64,000 nucleotides of DNA from Marsupella aquatica (taxonomy: Eukaryota > Plantae > Marchantiophyta): assembly GCA_973895155.1 (NCBI GenBank), contig OZ316892.1:8844183-8908182 (forward strand), in the 5' to 3' direction. The translations under genes and the position numbers were made by a program. The notes under the pieces are model-generated. The model searched no databases. It had not been told where the DNA came from and saw only the letters and a list, made by a program, of their open reading frames with translations. Positions 37,845 to 51,800 of the stretch are shown here, piece after piece. Position 1 is the first letter of the stretch; each line of letters starts with the position of its first letter.

Positions 37845-40718
37845 TTATGCCCCTTGAAGAGTATTTCCAAGCTTCGCTATCAATAGTATAGATTTGGGAA
37901 ATTGAAGAACACCAAATTCCAAGGATCTCAAAGGAATCTGTTCTCGTGCTTGATCCAGCATTCGGACCTCGTCGATAGATTGTAGGACGAAATCTTCCAT
38001 AGTGATGGCGTGTCTGGTCAGTCCCTCAGCTCCAGAGAAGATAACGAAGTCCTCGGCCTCGCAGATGGTGTCCAGCGTCTGCACCAGCTTTTTCTCCAGC
38101 GAACCATTTCTCATGAACTCCGCGAAGAAGCTCGGGTCTCGATTGATCAGAGCGAGTGTCAACTCAATGCTGTGCCGACGAATCCTCGGCAACCTATAAT
38201 TGGATCCGTGAGGACAGTATTCTAGATTTCTGAGCATTTTCCAAACGAGCTCGATCCGATCCAGGTTCCCAATAGCCTGGGTGTAGGTTTGCTCGTCGAG
38301 AACGCGAACCACTCGAGACGCAAAACCTAAAGCGGCCTCATGCATTCTCTGGCTCGAGCTCCCCATGATCAGCCTCATGACTCTCCCAATGCACACTGCA
38401 ATCTCTCGCTTATGAGAATAGGTGTCATACTCGAGCAGGCTTCGAAGAATTTTGGCAGCGCAGATGGTCTGCTCCTCGTGCTCGGTCAGAATTCTCAGTA
38501 GAGTTGGCATAAAGGTCTTGTTGCCATTTCCATCCTGAAGATCCATCATTCGCAAGCAATTCTTCCTGCACTTAATCGCCAAGAGGTTCAGGGCATCCCC
38601 AGCTCGTTTGGACACTGCAATCGCTGTTATCCTATCCTTCTCAGATGATGCGAAGAGAAGTTTTGTCGACGAGTCCAGATTTCTGCTGTACAGCGTGAAT
38701 AGGTTCCGGATGACACCGCCCGTGCTTCCAATTGTTCTCCTTATGTCGTCGTCCAATCCTAGGTTATTGAGGATCTCGATTGCCATCCACTGAAGCTGTG
38801 GATGAATGTCTCCGAACTCGAGAATGTCCCTCATGCTGGCGATGCCGGATGGTACTCTTACAATTACCGGTCCGAGGATGGTCCCTCTTGTATTCCGTGC
38901 TGCTGACAACATTTTAAGGAGTCTCAGGGCTTTTTTGAATGTTTTCAGTTCAGAGCCTTCCAATTTCCTGAATGCATGAGCGTTTTCGACTGCGACGAAT
39001 GCCAGAAGGATAGGGATGAGCCCCCGCGTCTCGCCAATTTTCAGCAAGTTCACTGGATCCCTCGCTAGAGCCACAAGGATGAGCAATCCATCTAAGCGAA
39101 GAGCTGTGGCTCTCTCTAAGGAGACTAGATCCGTCGGTGTATCCAGGCTAGGAACCCTAAACTGAACGTCATCTCGCTCATGCGGTCTGAGAAGAGAAAC
39201 AATTCCATCGATGGCCCCAGGCACTGCCGCAACTCTGAAGCAGTTTTTGCTGTACCGCACGACGAGCTGACAGATCAATGCTGCGACTGCCAGGCGAATC
39301 TCGTCCTGATGGGTTCCACGCCACGATAACATCTCCACCAGCCTTTCGATCACTCCGGGAGCAGCTCCGGTCCGTCTCAACGCATCCAAAGAAAAGCCGT
39401 AGTATCGATCTATAATCTTCCGGAGTACTTTGAGGCCACTCAGCTTCTCGAATGAATTGTCTGATCGGAGCAACGTCAAGCTGTACTCTACGATGTCCAT
39501 GGTTAGCCCGTCGAACACGCTTCCATCTATGCATTTCTTGTAAACCTCGTAGAAGTATTGCTTCATCATCTCCTGATTTCCTTCCCCAAGGTCCGCTTTA
39601 TTGCTCATTTGCACCATTAGCTGTTCGTAGTTCATCTTGTACTCCAAGTAGACTCGCTCCAGCAGGAACAGAAGCGCTTCCGTGAGCGCAAGGGTGTAGA
39701 AGACATTCAACGAGGTGTACAGATTTACTGGAGTATCCTGTGTGGGAACTACAGGCGGGTTGTATTCTTGTCGCGACAGTCTCCAGATTGAGAGAGGTAA
39801 ACATATTACCGCTGAGGTGATCTGGGTCCAATAGAGGATAGAACTGACTCCCCTCGTAGAAATAATAGATCTCCACCCGCCCAATATGCGCTCCAATCTA
39901 CCGCCCCACGTTATTCTGATGTCCTTCACATCGGCTATGCCGAGCACTGTCTTCGCGGTTATCACTCTATCAGAAGCTTGAACTTGGGTTATGCCGTTCG
40001 CGCCTCTCGATTTTGGAAGGTCTTCGCTACCACAGTTTTCGCTTATCTTCAAACTTCTCACAGATTGGTAAGCTAGTGAGGATTTGGATTCTAGGTGCTG
40101 CCATTCGAGCTCCCTGCTTCTACTGAAAATCCGGGTTCCCTCCGTGACAAGTATAAGCGTGATCACTATGAAATCCGTGGGGTTTAGATTGGACGCAAAG
40201 CCGCCCAAGAGAATCGTGCTGGCCCAGATGAACGAGAGTGTACCAATCCCGCTTGCCAACTTCTCGATTAACGCCAGTCTCAATGCGAAAAGCGAGATAT
40301 TCTGTTCCGGCGCCAGCTGTTTGATGTCGTCCTTGGTCACCTTGTTGAAGATTGCCACGGGTTCTAGTCCGTATGAGGGCTCCAACTGGAGCAGCTCGCT
40401 GTGACGCGCTAGATTTTCGTCTTCGAATTCGCCGATCGTGACCGCTGTCATTATGGACGCTGGGAAGAAATCCAGGAGGCAAGATCCCAGAGACGTACAG
40501 TCGGCCTCCAGCTTTGTAGTCTCGGTCGACAGCCTTCCGGGCCTGTCCATACCCAGAGACCACTTCTCCAGTGAAAGCCTTGTAGACTCGCTCGAGGTCC
40601 TCTCCGACCTCACCCAATCACGTAATGACAATTGCTGTTCTAGAGGACGATTTGCAGCCCTTGCGTTAATTGTTGTACTAGATTGGTCTGCACTTCTTTC
40701 CATCCCGCTCAAATTCAT
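37845..40718 (-). CDS. ARM-repeat membrane protein (BLE2 / At5g18980-like), 957 aa, intronless
   Basis: Conserved block EKLASGIGTLSFIWASTILLGGFAS..DFIVITLILVTEGTRIFSRSRELEWQH, then SLNVFYTLALTEALLFLLE and ARM-like helices (VIERLVEMLSW, LARDPVN..KIGETRGL). Confidence 0.85.
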   Translation of the reverse strand: MNLSGMERSADQSSTTINARAANRPLEQQLSLRDWVRSERTSSESTRLSLEKWSLGMDRPGRLSTETTKLEADCTSLGSCLLDFFPASIMTAVTIGEFEDENLARHSELLQLEPSYGLEPVAIFNKVTKDDIKQLAPEQNISLFALRLALIEKLASGIGTLSFIWASTILLGGFASNLNPTDFIVITLILVTEGTRIFSRSRELEWQHLESKSSLAYQSVRSLKISENCGSEDLPKSRGANGITQVQASDRVITAKTVLGIADVKDIRITWGGRLERILGGWRSIISTRGVSSILYWTQITSAVICLPLSIWRLSRQEYNPPVVPTQDTPVNLYTSLNVFYTLALTEALLFLLERVYLEYKMNYEQLMVQMSNKADLGEGNQEMMKQYFYEVYKKCIDGSVFDGLTMDIVEYSLTLLRSDNSFEKLSGLKVLRKIIDRYYGFSLDALRRTGAAPGVIERLVEMLSWRGTHQDEIRLAVAALICQLVVRYSKNCFRVAAVPGAIDGIVSLLRPHERDDVQFRVPSLDTPTDLVSLERATALRLDGLLILVALARDPVNLLKIGETRGLIPILLAFVAVENAHAFRKLEGSELKTFKKALRLLKMLSAARNTRGTILGPVIVRVPSGIASMRDILEFGDIHPQLQWMAIEILNNLGLDDDIRRTIGSTGGVIRNLFTLYSRNLDSSTKLLFASSEKDRITAIAVSKRAGDALNLLAIKCRKNCLRMMDLQDGNGNKTFMPTLLRILTEHEEQTICAAKILRSLLEYDTYSHKREIAVCIGRVMRLIMGSSSQRMHEAALGFASRVVRVLDEQTYTQAIGNLDRIELVWKMLRNLEYCPHGSNYRLPRIRRHSIELTLALINRDPSFFAEFMRNGSLEKKLVQTLDTICEAEDFVIFSGAEGLTRHAITMEDFVLQSIDEVRMLDQAREQIPLRSLEFGVLQFPKSILLIAKLGNTLQGA

Positions 40719-43700
40719 GTCGACTTAGAGTCAAGTCAGTTATGTACCCGCAAACAGTTGTTATCACGCAAATCAATCTGTCAACACAGTTTCAAGCAGA
40801 TGAGACCAGAAATCAGCTGTTAAGCTCATTGGGCATCTTGCGAGACGAGACCAGAAAATCAGCTGTTATGCTCATTGGGCATCTTACGAGACGAGAAATC
40901 TACAGTAGACCTTTCCTCTAGTCTGTCTCCTGTGTATGAGACCCAAGGCTTTGGAAAGGCATTCAATTTTACTCATTTAGTCCAATTCCCACGAACTTGG
41001 GAAAGTCCAGAAGAAATTATCCACATTCAGGAGGGCATTCAGGGAACTGTACAGTACACAACGGATGCGAAGGAGAGAGGTAGAAGCTGGAGGTTGGATA
41101 TTGGAGCTGAGAGCGAGATCATGCATTAGTCTACGAATGCTACAGTTGTAGTCTGACAAGGAGACAATGATCCTGACCTGACTCAAAATTCGAATGATAT
41201 ATTCGCTGACAGTTGATCACGTTCGCATTCATAAGATGTGGAAAGCTACATGTATAAACATGCAGTGGCAAACATGAATGATTTATACCTGCTTTATTGC
41301 TGGCCGCTGTAAAATTGGATTCGGCCGCTGCAAGCAATCACTTCAGTAGATCGAGAACGTTAGTATTATACTCAAGTGACTCGATAAAGCTCAATGCAAA
41401 TTCTCTTGGTCAAAGAGCTCTAAACATTACGTAGCAGTCAGCTACCAGCCTTGTCAGTTACCTTGACTAAGAATCACTTGGAGTCGTGGATCGAAGTTTC
41501 GAGGTATAGGTGAAGCTTAATTTGCAACTTACCTGCCTGGTAGGAGACGGCTATCCAGAAAACTCAGTCGTTGTTGGCATTCTCCAATAAGCTTCATTTG
41601 CTTTGGGCGGGACTTTGGGATTTGGCAGCAGTCAAACAACTTGTTGGCATTCTCCAATGAGCTTCATTTGCTTTGGGATGTGGCAGCAGTCGAACGAATA
41701 GAATGTGATCAAATTATGTACTGTACTCTTTTCGAACCCCTCGATCATCTCTTGACGAAAAGTAGCTTAGCAATTTCGTCAGGTACTCGAGTACATTTGA
41801 ACGCAACGTGCCAGTCACTGAATTCTTTACGAAATATATTGTAAGTTGTGGAGTCTCTCGATCCTATGATATCGATCTTCAGCTTTGCAATCTAGGCAGT
41901 CGACAACATAGACATAAGAATCACAACTTGCTAGTCACCAACGCATTAATTTACCAAAACGCTTTCAGTCTCGCTTTGAGTCCTGCGATCCTCTCATATT
42001 CGATGCTTTAAACACAATTTTGCGGTCGTATGTATATATACATTATCTACATTCGCCCTCAGTCACTCGATATTTTTGAATGACTTCGATCCCACCCTCC
42101 TCTCCTGTGTCTCTGCGCACACGTTTGGGATATTCGAGTGGTGGATCGATAACGACTCTCCCCAACTTTGCGGTCCTTACGCAATTGGAAACTAACTTCT
42201 CTCGTACTATATAGCCGGCAGCTGAGCTGGGAGGAAATACCGCCACGTAAAATTTCTTGTTCAATTCGTGTGATGTACAATCAACCAGGCATCCCGGCCA
42301 GGCATGCCATAGTTCTACTCCATTCGATCGCTAGATCTGTTCGATCAAATTGTTTGCACTTCATTTCAGACTACTCTCCTCCCGAAGGTCCAATACGCTT
42401 ACTTGGACACGAACAATATCGTCTTAAGACATCCACAATTTTAAGTCTCCTTGCTGTTGTTGCACGGAAGTACTCGTGACTCAATTGTTGCACGGAAGTG
42501 CACTAAAGCAATTGAGGCGTATTTAGCGGATCAAGCTTGGCCACACACTACTCCTGGCCTTCCAGGATTTGAAACGGTAAGGCAAAGACAAGGCACAGGC
42601 CCGGCACAGGCAAGGCAAGGCAAAGGCCGTGCGCAGGAGGCTGCTGGCCCTCTCTCTGAGTCTCCTTCCACCACTTGGTTTCTAAATCGCACGTCATGAA
42701 AGAGTCACCGGTGCCCCAATTGTTTGTGAAAACATGAAGCGATCGAGAAAATGAGAATACGAACACGAAGCCTTCCATCGCGCCGCCTCACGCGCGCCGC
42801 CAGCCCCCTCCAGACCTCTCCTCTCTTTCCACTTCATTCAGAAAAAGCCAATTTCACCGCCGAATGTCACGCATTTCGTCTTAATTACGATTTCAGTGTT
42901 CCTCTCGATCCGTGTTCCAAGTACTGTATCCACATTGGATCCAATCTCCTTATCACTCCTGGATCGGATCGACATCGGATCGTAGCCTATCATTCCGTAT
43001 TTCCGTTCGTAGGACACAACCATTCACTCGTACACTATACCCTTATTTTCCGATTGTAGGAGACCTCATGCCTCACTCGCATCGAGAATTCAAGACAGCT
43101 TCGGTTCACCGTCGCAGAAGAACCCTTTTTGAAAGTTCAATCGTAAAATTTCGAAAGTTTCAAAGTTTCAAATCCTTATACAAAGAGGTTAGGTTTGTTG
43201 GGCCTAAGTTTCACGAGAGGAAATTGAACGCAAGTTCCCAAAGGTTATCTTGATATCTATATAGAAGGGTTGATCCTAAAGTGTACTGTCTGTTACGTTA
43301 CTTTGGAATTTCAGTATTGTGATAAGTTCGCGCCAGTGAAGTGGATTTTGAAATAGAGGCTCACACATAATCGTTGGTTTGCTGTAGTGCATTCCTTGGC
43401 TGGCTGTGGGAATGGAAATTCGGTGAAGTTTTCGTAGCCATCATGACGACGAGATAAGTTCAGTGTTGCTGATGGAGTTGACGACTTCCCAATTTGTAAG
43501 CCAATGACAGACACCAAAAGAAGCTTCTATAAACTAGAGAATTTTTCTTATGGTGCTGTACATTTGTTGCGCTTTAGCTCCGTGACATTTAGGTGAAGAA
43601 TAACTTTTCCGCTCTTTCTTGGAATTGAAAATTGGAGTCCAATTTTCCAGGTCATGACATTTAGGTGAAAAACAACTTTTCAGCTCATTCTTGGAATTGA

Positions 43701-46700
43701 AAATTGGAGTCCAATTTCCAGGTCATGAATTGGAATCTTTGGAAACAATAGATGTATCCCAAGTACTGAGGCTTTCAATCATTCTGAGGGGTCGTAGATG
43801 TAGAGATTCAAAAAGGAGTCATCAGAAATTTCTGCAATAGAGTACCGTCTCTCAAAATAACTCTTGTTTATTAACAATCAATTCGATATGAAATCAAACG
43901 TCTAATTACTGATCCAGCTGAACCTCCATACCGTTTCACAGCAAGTGATCAGAGTTGGAGGATTTTCCCAAATATTTGCACTGCCTGACCGAAGGACCTT
44001 TCCTACTCATTGAATTTACAGGACCGTTGACGGACGGTGGGAAAATTGTCTATCACATTTGCGATTCTCCCACGGGGGCAGCGGGAGGAGGCGAGGGATG
44101 GCAGAGGAAGCCTTAGGAAATGCTTCCTTTGCAAGATACTGGACTGTAAACTCTCTACAACCTAATCAAAATCGTTGTCGCTTTTCCGATAAAGTCCCTC
44201 ACTAGCTCGTGTAAGTGCGGGATTAAAGTCCTTGCATTCGATGTTGTTTCTCTTACACGAACCGCCTCAGTATTATCTCTGAGGGGAGCTGTCCGTAAGC
44301 TACACCATTCCTGCAACAGCCAACTGATGTCAGGCCTAGAACAAACATCAGTCTCGCTTGGGACGACATCGCTCACAACCGAACAGAATTGAAGAAAGAA
44401 CATCCAAAACAGAGCATAACAAAATTGAAAGTGCTCCTGAGCATCCATCGAAGCGACTAGATGAGGTTCTCTTAAGACTCCAGATGTAAGAGCTTCGAGT
44501 GGAGTAAACCTTGTGTTCAAATTCAATGTACAGTAGTTACCCGTTTTCTTGCCGAAATCTTGAACCCGAACGCAGAACGTCAGAAGCAAATCAATCATCT
44601 TGCTCGCAGATGGTCCGCAAAATGGCGCGAAGGACATTTCAGAATCGAGTACAGAGGATAATCCTGTGGTCAAGCTCAGCCACGAAGTGGAAGTTTCGAC
44701 ACTCCAACGTGAACATAGATCCAACTGTCTTCCCTCGATCACCACTCTTGATCGGACAAATCATCACACATTGTCGAAGACCACACACAGGAGAATGTAT
44801 GACACCCAGATAATCAAGCAGGACCAAAATCCAGCCATTTGAGTCACCCTGAAAACCTACAGGACCCGTCTAAACAAAAGCCAAAAGTTCCCTCGCATTC
44901 AGTCACATCGCAGTTTCATGAAGTCCAAGACTAACAGTCGGAGCAGTGGACGCAACAAAACCAGACAGGGCTTCATGAGACAGTAGTTTCAAACACTACT
45001 TGGAGAAGACACATCAGTGTGATTCCTTGAGCTGCAAATGGAATCGGAACTCAAGCAATGGGAACCCAAGCATGACATCACTGCATGATTTAAACACTTT
45101 CGAGAAGAAACTTCAGTGTGATGCCTCGTACTGCAAACGGAATCAGAACCCAAGCATGAAATCAGTGCATCAACAGAAGCGAATCGGCCTCCAGTTGCAA
45201 GCGAGGTTGCAAGACTTATACATGTACATAAAACGATCCAGACATATGTACATCAAAGGGTTCAGCTGGGAGCAGCGGGAGCTGAACGCGGCGGCTAAAC
45301 CCCAAAACCCCACATCGATAATATGGTGACTGTACAGATTGGCAACAAGCTTGAGCTGCTGCGAGTCGAGAGAGAACTTCCTAAGAGGATAATCACGACA
45401 CCAGGCAAAGGAGCTTTCCAAATCATTGGCCTAATCTATATACGCTCATGCCTTATCGATTTGGTGGGCTCGTTTCTCACAAGCTAATGGGCGAGTGGGT
45501 TGGCAGAGTGGGTAATTAATAAAGTCGACAAAAGCAGCAAAAGCAGAGACTCCCGAAAACAATTTTGTAGGGACAACTATGGAGTAATGGAGGGCGGTTG
45601 CGGCCATGCAGTCGACTCGATCGGGCGGATCGACCAGCCTGTCTCCAATTGGGAACACTTTTCGTCGGCCCAGATTGGCACACGAGAGCAGCGTCGCATA
45701 TCCCTTGAATAGACCAAAGGTACTCATATAGGCCTATAGGGGGTCTCAAAGTATGACATTAATAAGATAAGGCTATCCCATAACTTCAATATTGTAGGAA
45801 CTCACATAAAAATTATGTGAATCTATCTTCAGCTACCATAACACTTAACCAGTAATTTGGAAATTAGGAAATCCAGGACTCCAGAAAACAGCAACTGAAA
45901 GCACATGGGCTTGGCTCCTAACCTGGTGATGCCTGCATTTGATGTGGTGGATGATCAAGAATGGAGGAAAAAACAATAGGCTATGAGGCAAGTGAGTCCT
46001 TAACTCCTGCCTAATGAGGGAGGATCAAAATGCTACCTTCCCCCATTTTTAAAATTCCATGACTGGGTCCCATAACCAGAGTTATGGGATGTACCACAAA
46101 TCCATAACTTTCACTAATGACCCAGCTTTGAGGTGCCCTAATGATCTACAAACACCTCATTCAAAATTTGAAAGGGTATGTATATAGTAATGTCATGCAA
46201 AGAGGAAATTCTGTAGAACATCTCCTATTATTCCTGGCATTATTTGTCCATATCCTAACCCCCTGGTTGATGAGCGCAAGATCTCCATGGCAGCGTGCAA
46301 AGTCATCCTCCATGCACAACATAGTGCAAAGTGTATGGGAGCTCACTACACTGTAGAACACAAGAACTCTGGATGACTTAGGATGAAATCAATTTTAGAA
46401 TGATTAGTGCAATTTCACCTGGTAATCAAATACGCTCGGTTTGAACTTGTCGGACAAATAGACGAATTTACGAAGACAAATGACAAATGTCGTCTCGGTC
46501 GATCCCGGCCGGGTGACAAGGCCGGGCCGGGAGAAAATCGAGCCGGGACCGGGAAGGGAGGGAAAGGAGGTAACCCCGGGCCGGGAATGGTGGGGGCCCC
46601 GGTCCGGGCCGGGACGGGAAAATGGCCGGGAAGGAGGGAGCCCCGGGCCGGGAAGGAAATGAAAACGGAAAGCCGGGAAGAGAAGAGGGAAGGGAGCGAA

Positions 46701-46787
46701 GAGGGAAGGAGGGAGCCCTCGGGCCGGGCCGGTAAGGAAGGAGCCCCGGGCCGGGAGGAAAACCGGGCCGGGAGGGGGGGACCGGGC

Positions 46788-47119
46788 TGTTAAGGATTGC
46801 TCTTAGTCTTGTGACTCATAGGTTACGGCACTTAGGCTAACCACAGTTAGGATTTTAGCTGAGGTTAGGTTAGTCGTGTGTGACCTTGTATATACCAGGG
46901 CTAGTGTAAGCCGCTGGGGTGTGATGCTTACTGATTGTAATAGAGCAACTTGAGGAAGAGGGAGAGGATGTGTGTTCGTCTACTCTTGAAGTAAAGCTTG
47001 AGTGTTCGTGTGGACGTAGCCTTGGAGAAGAGGTGAACCACGTAGAGATTGTGTCGACTACGTGTGCATGAAATGAGTCATGGTTGTATGGTCGTTGCGA
47101 ATGACATCTTAGTTCAACA
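46788..47119 (+). repeat. Copia 5' LTR
   Basis: tgttaagg...agttcaaca; about 4 substitutions versus the 3' LTR by eye. Confidence 0.96.
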
Positions 47120-47121
47120 AT

Positions 47122-47133
47122 TGGTATCAGAGC
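47122..47133 (+). promoter_or_regulatory. Primer-binding site, tRNA-iMet
   Basis: tggtatcagagc two bases after the 5' LTR. Confidence 0.95.
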
Positions 47134-48820
47134 AAGCTTGGGAGGTGACTTTGAGGTGATCAAAATTTTCGTGACGTGTTGGTGACGGTTTTCCAGCGGT
47201 TAGAGTTGGTGGATTTCACGGAGTTCTGTCGCATGGAACTTGGAGGTGTTGGGCTCAACGGATAGATCGGGGCAAGGGCTTTCCGACGGTGCAAAGAAGT
47301 CTCTGAACGGAGTTCGTGGTGCGAAGGAATTCACATTTCTGTCGTTCTGGATTTTTTGTGATTCGTGTTCGACGGTTTTCTTCGACGGTTCTTTTGGGGG
47401 GGAACTGAGATCGTTTTCCCGACGGTGTGAGCTTTGTGGTGCGCGAGGCGTCACAACCTTTAGCTCAAATCGTAGATCGGGCAAAGCTGATCATTTCGGT
47501 AGCTGGTTTGCTATCGAGGGTGTAGTGAGTGCGATGTACCAAGCAAAAGAGCCGTTCTGAGTTTCTGACTGGCTATGGAGTCTTCTTTTGACTGAAGCGG
47601 GGTTTCTTGTCGTTGCGTTCGACTCAAAGGAAGAAACGGGAAGTGCAACGGCTCAACGGAGAGATCGCGGTGCAGTGGTCGTTTTGAGTCCAAGATTGAC
47701 ACTTGACGTGGAGTGAAGGAGTCGTGACGGGAATTTTTTACTTTGCTAGAGTTGCAAACGGTGCCGGTGCAATTCGGTAACATTTCCCGTCGACAACTAG
47801 TCTTTATCTGGTGTAAAGTGATAACGGCAGTGTGAGTAACCCAACAAATTTAATTTTTTGTGCATATTTTGCCTTAGAATAGGGCCTTTTTAGTGGTGTG
47901 TATAGACACTCTCCCGACCCTTGCACCCCTGTCAATACCCCGTTGGCGACCCCCTCCTCCTCCTCGCTAATACTCCCATCCCGGACGTCCCGGCCGTCCC
48001 AGACGTCACGGCCAGCGTGAACATCGCAGCCGGCACGGACGTCCCAGACGTCACGGCCAGCGCGAACATCGCGGCCGTCCCGGACGTCCTGGCCGTCGCA
48101 GCTCCATCCCTGCCTATTTTGACTCGGTTTTTGACTCCCCGGCCCCCTGTGCACTGCCTGGCCCGTCACGCGTATAGGTGACGCGGATGCACCTTTTTTA
48201 AGATAGTATTTTTGTGTTAAGGGGCTTAAACCCCCTTAGGCCCGGTTTTTTAATCCTTTCCAGGCTCCTCATTGGTTAAGCGGCATCCCGGGCCCGGTGA
48301 CCCACCAAATTAACCGCTTGGACAGGGGGAATAGCCCCCTGTGAGACCTGTTGCACAATCCAAGGAATATTCCGAAAAAAAACAGAGAGCTATTTTTCGG
48401 CCTTCAGTCGAAGATTCCAAGGTCCGAACGGTAACTTTTTCGGATCTTTTTTGGCGAGAACGTAGCCACTGAAGCTAGCAACGCGGTGCACCATTCGATT
48501 TCCATTTCCGACGACGGGTGGTACTTGGATATTTTCTTATTCCCCGAGGTGGTCAAAACGGGAGAGAATTTTTGAGTTTTACCCACCCCGACCGAAATGT
48601 GAAAAAGTTTTTCGTCGGAATTGGGTTTCGATTTCGGATTTCAGCGTTGGCTTGCTAGGTTGGTGGGCTAAGTGGCGGTGACAAGTTTCAAGTTTTTTGG
48701 AAAGTTGCAAAAAATGACATTTTGTCGTGATTTGGATTTGAGTCAACGCGAAGGAAGGAAGGAAAAAGCATATAGGGAGCAGCACAGCAATAGCACGTGG
48801 AGAACGTTGGGAGGACAACG

Positions 48821-51800
48821 ATGGCATCCAAGTTTGGAGGTGTCAAGTTTGAAGTGGAAAAATATGATGGGCGCACAGATTATTTGCTATGGGAGAAGCA
48901 GGTTAAGGAAATTCTTCGTGCTATGGGCCTAGATCATCTGCTATCGACTCGGGAGGAGTCTAGCAGTGAGGAGGAGATCCCGTTGAGGAAATGGAGGCAA
49001 GAGCAAGTGATTGTTGTGAATGCGGTTATGCTATATCTGAAGCCGCATATCATTAAGAAGCTGGACGACTACGAGGATTGTGTATCCTTATTCAAGGCCC
49101 TTAGAGAGAAGTACTACTGAGAGGATGCCTCAGATCGGTTGTACAAGAAGTCTCTCTTGATGAGCTTGAGACTAAAAGAAGGAAGCAAACTTCGAGATCA
49201 CTTGGATGAATTCGACAGCCTAGCTGTAGATTTGTTAAATCTTGGCAAGGGAGTGGAAGATGAAGATAAGGCATTGCTTCTTCTCAGTTCCTTACCCCCA
49301 TCGTATCAAGGTTTGAAGCAGGTTCTCTTGTATAGAGATCTCAAAACCATTTCATATGATGAGGTGGTAAGCTCTTTGTTGTCAGATGATGCACAGAAGA
49401 AACTGGGTCATGCCCAGACACCATCTTCATCTGGCAGTGCATTGAATGTGAACCGCGGGAGGACTCAACAGCGGATGACTGGTGAAAACAGATCCTTTTC
49501 ACAAACGTACCCCTCACGGAATAGAGGCAAGGAGAAGGCTCGGTCTAAGTCTAGATCCAGGTCTAGAGAAAAATCTCTAGAAAGGAAACCAATTATATGC
49601 TGGAAATGTAACAAGCCTGGCCACATGAAATGAGACTGTCGAGTCAAGCAGACTCATCAACCATCAGCGAACGCAGCCACTGATGTTGATATGATTGACT
49701 TGCTTGATGATGAAATCTTGTGAAGTCCAGATGTTGCCCTTTGCATTTCATCCAGTAACAACGGTGATGAATGGATTTTAGATTGTGCCTGTACCTATCA
49801 TATTTGTTGTATAAAAGAGTTTTTTACTTCTTACTCAGTATCAACCGGTTCCGTGTTGATGGGGAATGATCATCCTTGTCAAATTGTTGGAATTGGATCC
49901 ATGAAAATTCGGATGTTTGATGGAGCTGTGCGAACAGTGAGTAATGTCAGACACATACCTGACATGAAAAAGAACTTGATTTCTCTTGGAATGCTGGAAG
50001 CAAATGGATGTCGGTGGAGTTCTGCTAATGGTATTCTTCAAGTGTCAACCGGAGGCAAGGTTGTCATGAAGGGTAAGCGGCACAGGAATCTATATTTGTT
50101 GGAGGGCAACGTGATTTGTGAAGAAGCCAATGTAACTAGATCTCAAGGTGAGATGACTCAGTTATGGCACTGCAGATTGGGACACATGAGTGAAAAGGGT
50201 TTGGCGGTACTTCGCAGGAAAGGACTTCTTTCTAATTTGGAATCTACTAAGCTAGATTTTTGTGAATATTGTGTGCTTGGGAAGCAGCATAGGAGAACCT
50301 TTGGTGTTGGAACTCACAATACCAAAGCTATACTTGAGTATGTACATAGTGATGTGTGGGGTCCAACCCCAACTCCCTCACTTTCTGGAAAATTGTACTA
50401 TGTCACGTTCATTGATGATTACTCACGGTATGTGTGGATCACATTTCTACATGCCAAGTCTGAAGTTTTTGGCACTTTTAAGAAGTGGAAAGCCCAAATT
50501 GAGAATCAGACAGGATCCAAGGTGAGATATTTGCGATCAGATAACGGCGGGGAGTACAGTTCAAGTGAATTTGAACTATATTGTGCAGAGCAAGGGATTA
50601 CTCGTCATCTCACGACAGTTTATACTCCTCAACAGAATGGTGTTTGTGAGCGGCTAAACCGAACACTATTGGAGCGATCGAGGAGCATGTTGAGCCAATC
50701 AGGTTTACCGCATGAATTTTGGGCTGAAGCTATAAATACGACAGCTTATTTGGTAAATCTTTCTTCTTCAAGTGCAATCAATTTCAAGACGCCGTTTGAA
50801 ATGAGGTATGGACGGCACGCAGACTATCAGGTTTTGAGAGTCTTTGGAAGTGATGCATATGCTCTCACACCTAAGCAGAATCGATCTAAACTAGATTCTA
50901 CTTCCAAGAAGTGTCTTTTTCTTGGTTATCAACCAGGTGTGAAAGGTTACAGGCTTTGGGATCCAGAAGCTTGTACGTTGTTTGTCAGTAGAGATGTATC
51001 CTTTAATGAATCCAGATCATCAAAGGAGGGGGAGAATGCTCAGGCTTCCCGTACTGACAAAGGTAAATCTCCTATCCTGGACCATGTTGTGGGGGAGATT
51101 GGTCATGAGAGTTTTCATGACATAAATGAAGGAGGTGCTCCAAGAATGGAGTTGGTTCCGGTAATGGAACAAGAGGAGCAGGCTGTTGATGGAATACCTC
51201 AAATTCAACCAACAGAACAAGATCAACCAGAATCATCAGCTAGAAAATCGAGACGTACTACTCGAGCTCCTACAAGATATGGACAATGGACAGATTCATC
51301 AAGGTTAGATGATGTTGACATTGCACCTGATGATGATGACAGAGCACTGATCTTGGAAGAAGGAGAACCTTCTTCTTATCATGAGGCGTGCATTTCATAC
51401 GAGAAAGATGAATGGAATGCAGCGATGCAGAGGGAGTTGCAATCTTTAAGTGACAATAGAACATGGGAGCTGGTGCAGCTGCCAAGTGATCAACAAGTGG
51501 TGGATAGCAAGTGGATTTACAAGCTAAAGGACAACTCTTCAGATAGAGGAGACAAGATATACAAGGCAAGGCTTGTTGCCAAGGGATTCACTCAAGAGAA
51601 GGGAGTGGATTACAATGAGGTCTTCTCTCCAGTTGCCAAGTATTTCACGATACGAATTTTGTGTCAACTTGTTGTATTTTTTGATCTGGTGTTAGATCAA
51701 ATGGATGTTGTTACTGCTTTTCTCTATGGCACCTTGGAGGAACAAATTTTCATGAGGCAACCACTGGGCTTTGTGAAGAAGGGCCAAGAGAGTTTAGTTT

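Noticed and set aside
44155-44745. 196-aa minus-strand ORF and other short ORFs at 41-46 kb
   Set aside because: No recognisable domain; more likely leader, intron or intergenic DNA upstream of the ARM gene.
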